Shown here one piece after another: positions 63,361 to 64,000 of a DNA stretch of 64,000 nucleotides. The stretch lies in assembly GCA_030264375.1 (NCBI GenBank), contig JASCQW010000098.1, positions 13,159,653-13,223,652 on the forward strand. Reading direction: 5' to 3'. Position 1 is the first letter of the stretch. The number at the start of each line of letters is the position of its first letter. Both the position numbers and the translations under genes were made by a program. The notes under the pieces were generated by a model, which did not search any database, was not told the origin of the DNA, and saw only the letters and a list, made by a program, of their open reading frames with translations. Source of the DNA: Carcharhinus longimanus. Lineage: Eukaryota.

Positions 63361-64000
63361 AACTAACTGCTAACTCTGTCTTGTTTGCCCACATGACTCA
63401 TCATGAAGCACAGCCATTATCCTTTGTTTATTTTACATAATTAGTTCTCCAACAAGGCAAATTAGAAAACATTCCAGCCAGAAGGAACTGCTGTGTTTTC
63501 TTTGAAATATGCTCACCTTCCTGACAATATAAATGCTCAAGCCACTGCAGGTATCTATCTTGTGAAAAGTCATTAGGTTTGACAACTTGGCTTCAGCAAC
63601 TTATGTCAGAAATGATATTTTCCCAATTGACATTTAGAATATGAATACAGACAGCTCACAGCAGTGTGCTCAGAAAGCATATCTGGTACGCTCATATCTT
63701 GGTGCCCACTGTTAATTTCATCTTATTCCATATATATTTATTCAATCAGCCAAACGTGGTTGTTTCATTTCCAGTGCAAAGATTTAGCTCTGAATGTGGA
63801 GAATAGTTATCCAATTCTGCCGATCCCAACAAGAACTATTTCCATCATGATATTAGACGTTGAATAGCCTGATACAGTCAATAAACCTCACACCACAAAC
63901 ACATTCTTTTTTAGGCTGAAAAGTTCAAATTAATTCTAGCTTGCAAAAAGCTGGGTACAACTGTTTGAACATCATTTCATGAGGAGTACTTATTGAATTA

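Overview
Eukaryotic, AT-rich, repeat-dense vertebrate DNA. The repeat content (HE1/V-SINE-like, Deu-domain SINE, CR1/L2 LINEs, Penelope-like remnants) points to a cartilaginous fish, probably a shark; this is inference. The whole window lies inside one minus-strand gene, MYCBP2 (PAM/Highwire/RPM-1 family giant E3 ubiquitin ligase). I traced 27 consecutive coding exons (numbered 2-28 by analogy with the recalled vertebrate protein) from 57757 down to 151, about 1,256 codons. They cover the N-terminus, the RCC1-like repeats and most of the first PHR domain; exon 1 and exons 29 onward lie outside the window. The frame stays open across all junctions except at a 10-N assembly gap in exon 22. Most notable observations: (1) 4 of 27 donors must be non-canonical GC; (2) a 165-bp palindrome centred on a minimal hammerhead-ribozyme core, plus a second family of short hammerhead-bearing Penelope-type remnants; (3) a candidate in-frame 6/15-nt microexon with a UGC acceptor signature; (4) a degenerate initiator tRNA-Met copy with an intact A box and T8 terminator; (5) one SINE head carrying two different 3' tails, with inverted copies flanking exons 12-14. 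Repeat boundaries are approximate and repeat family names are from recall, not a database search. Nearly all non-exonic ORFs in the supplied track are noise or decayed TE sequence.
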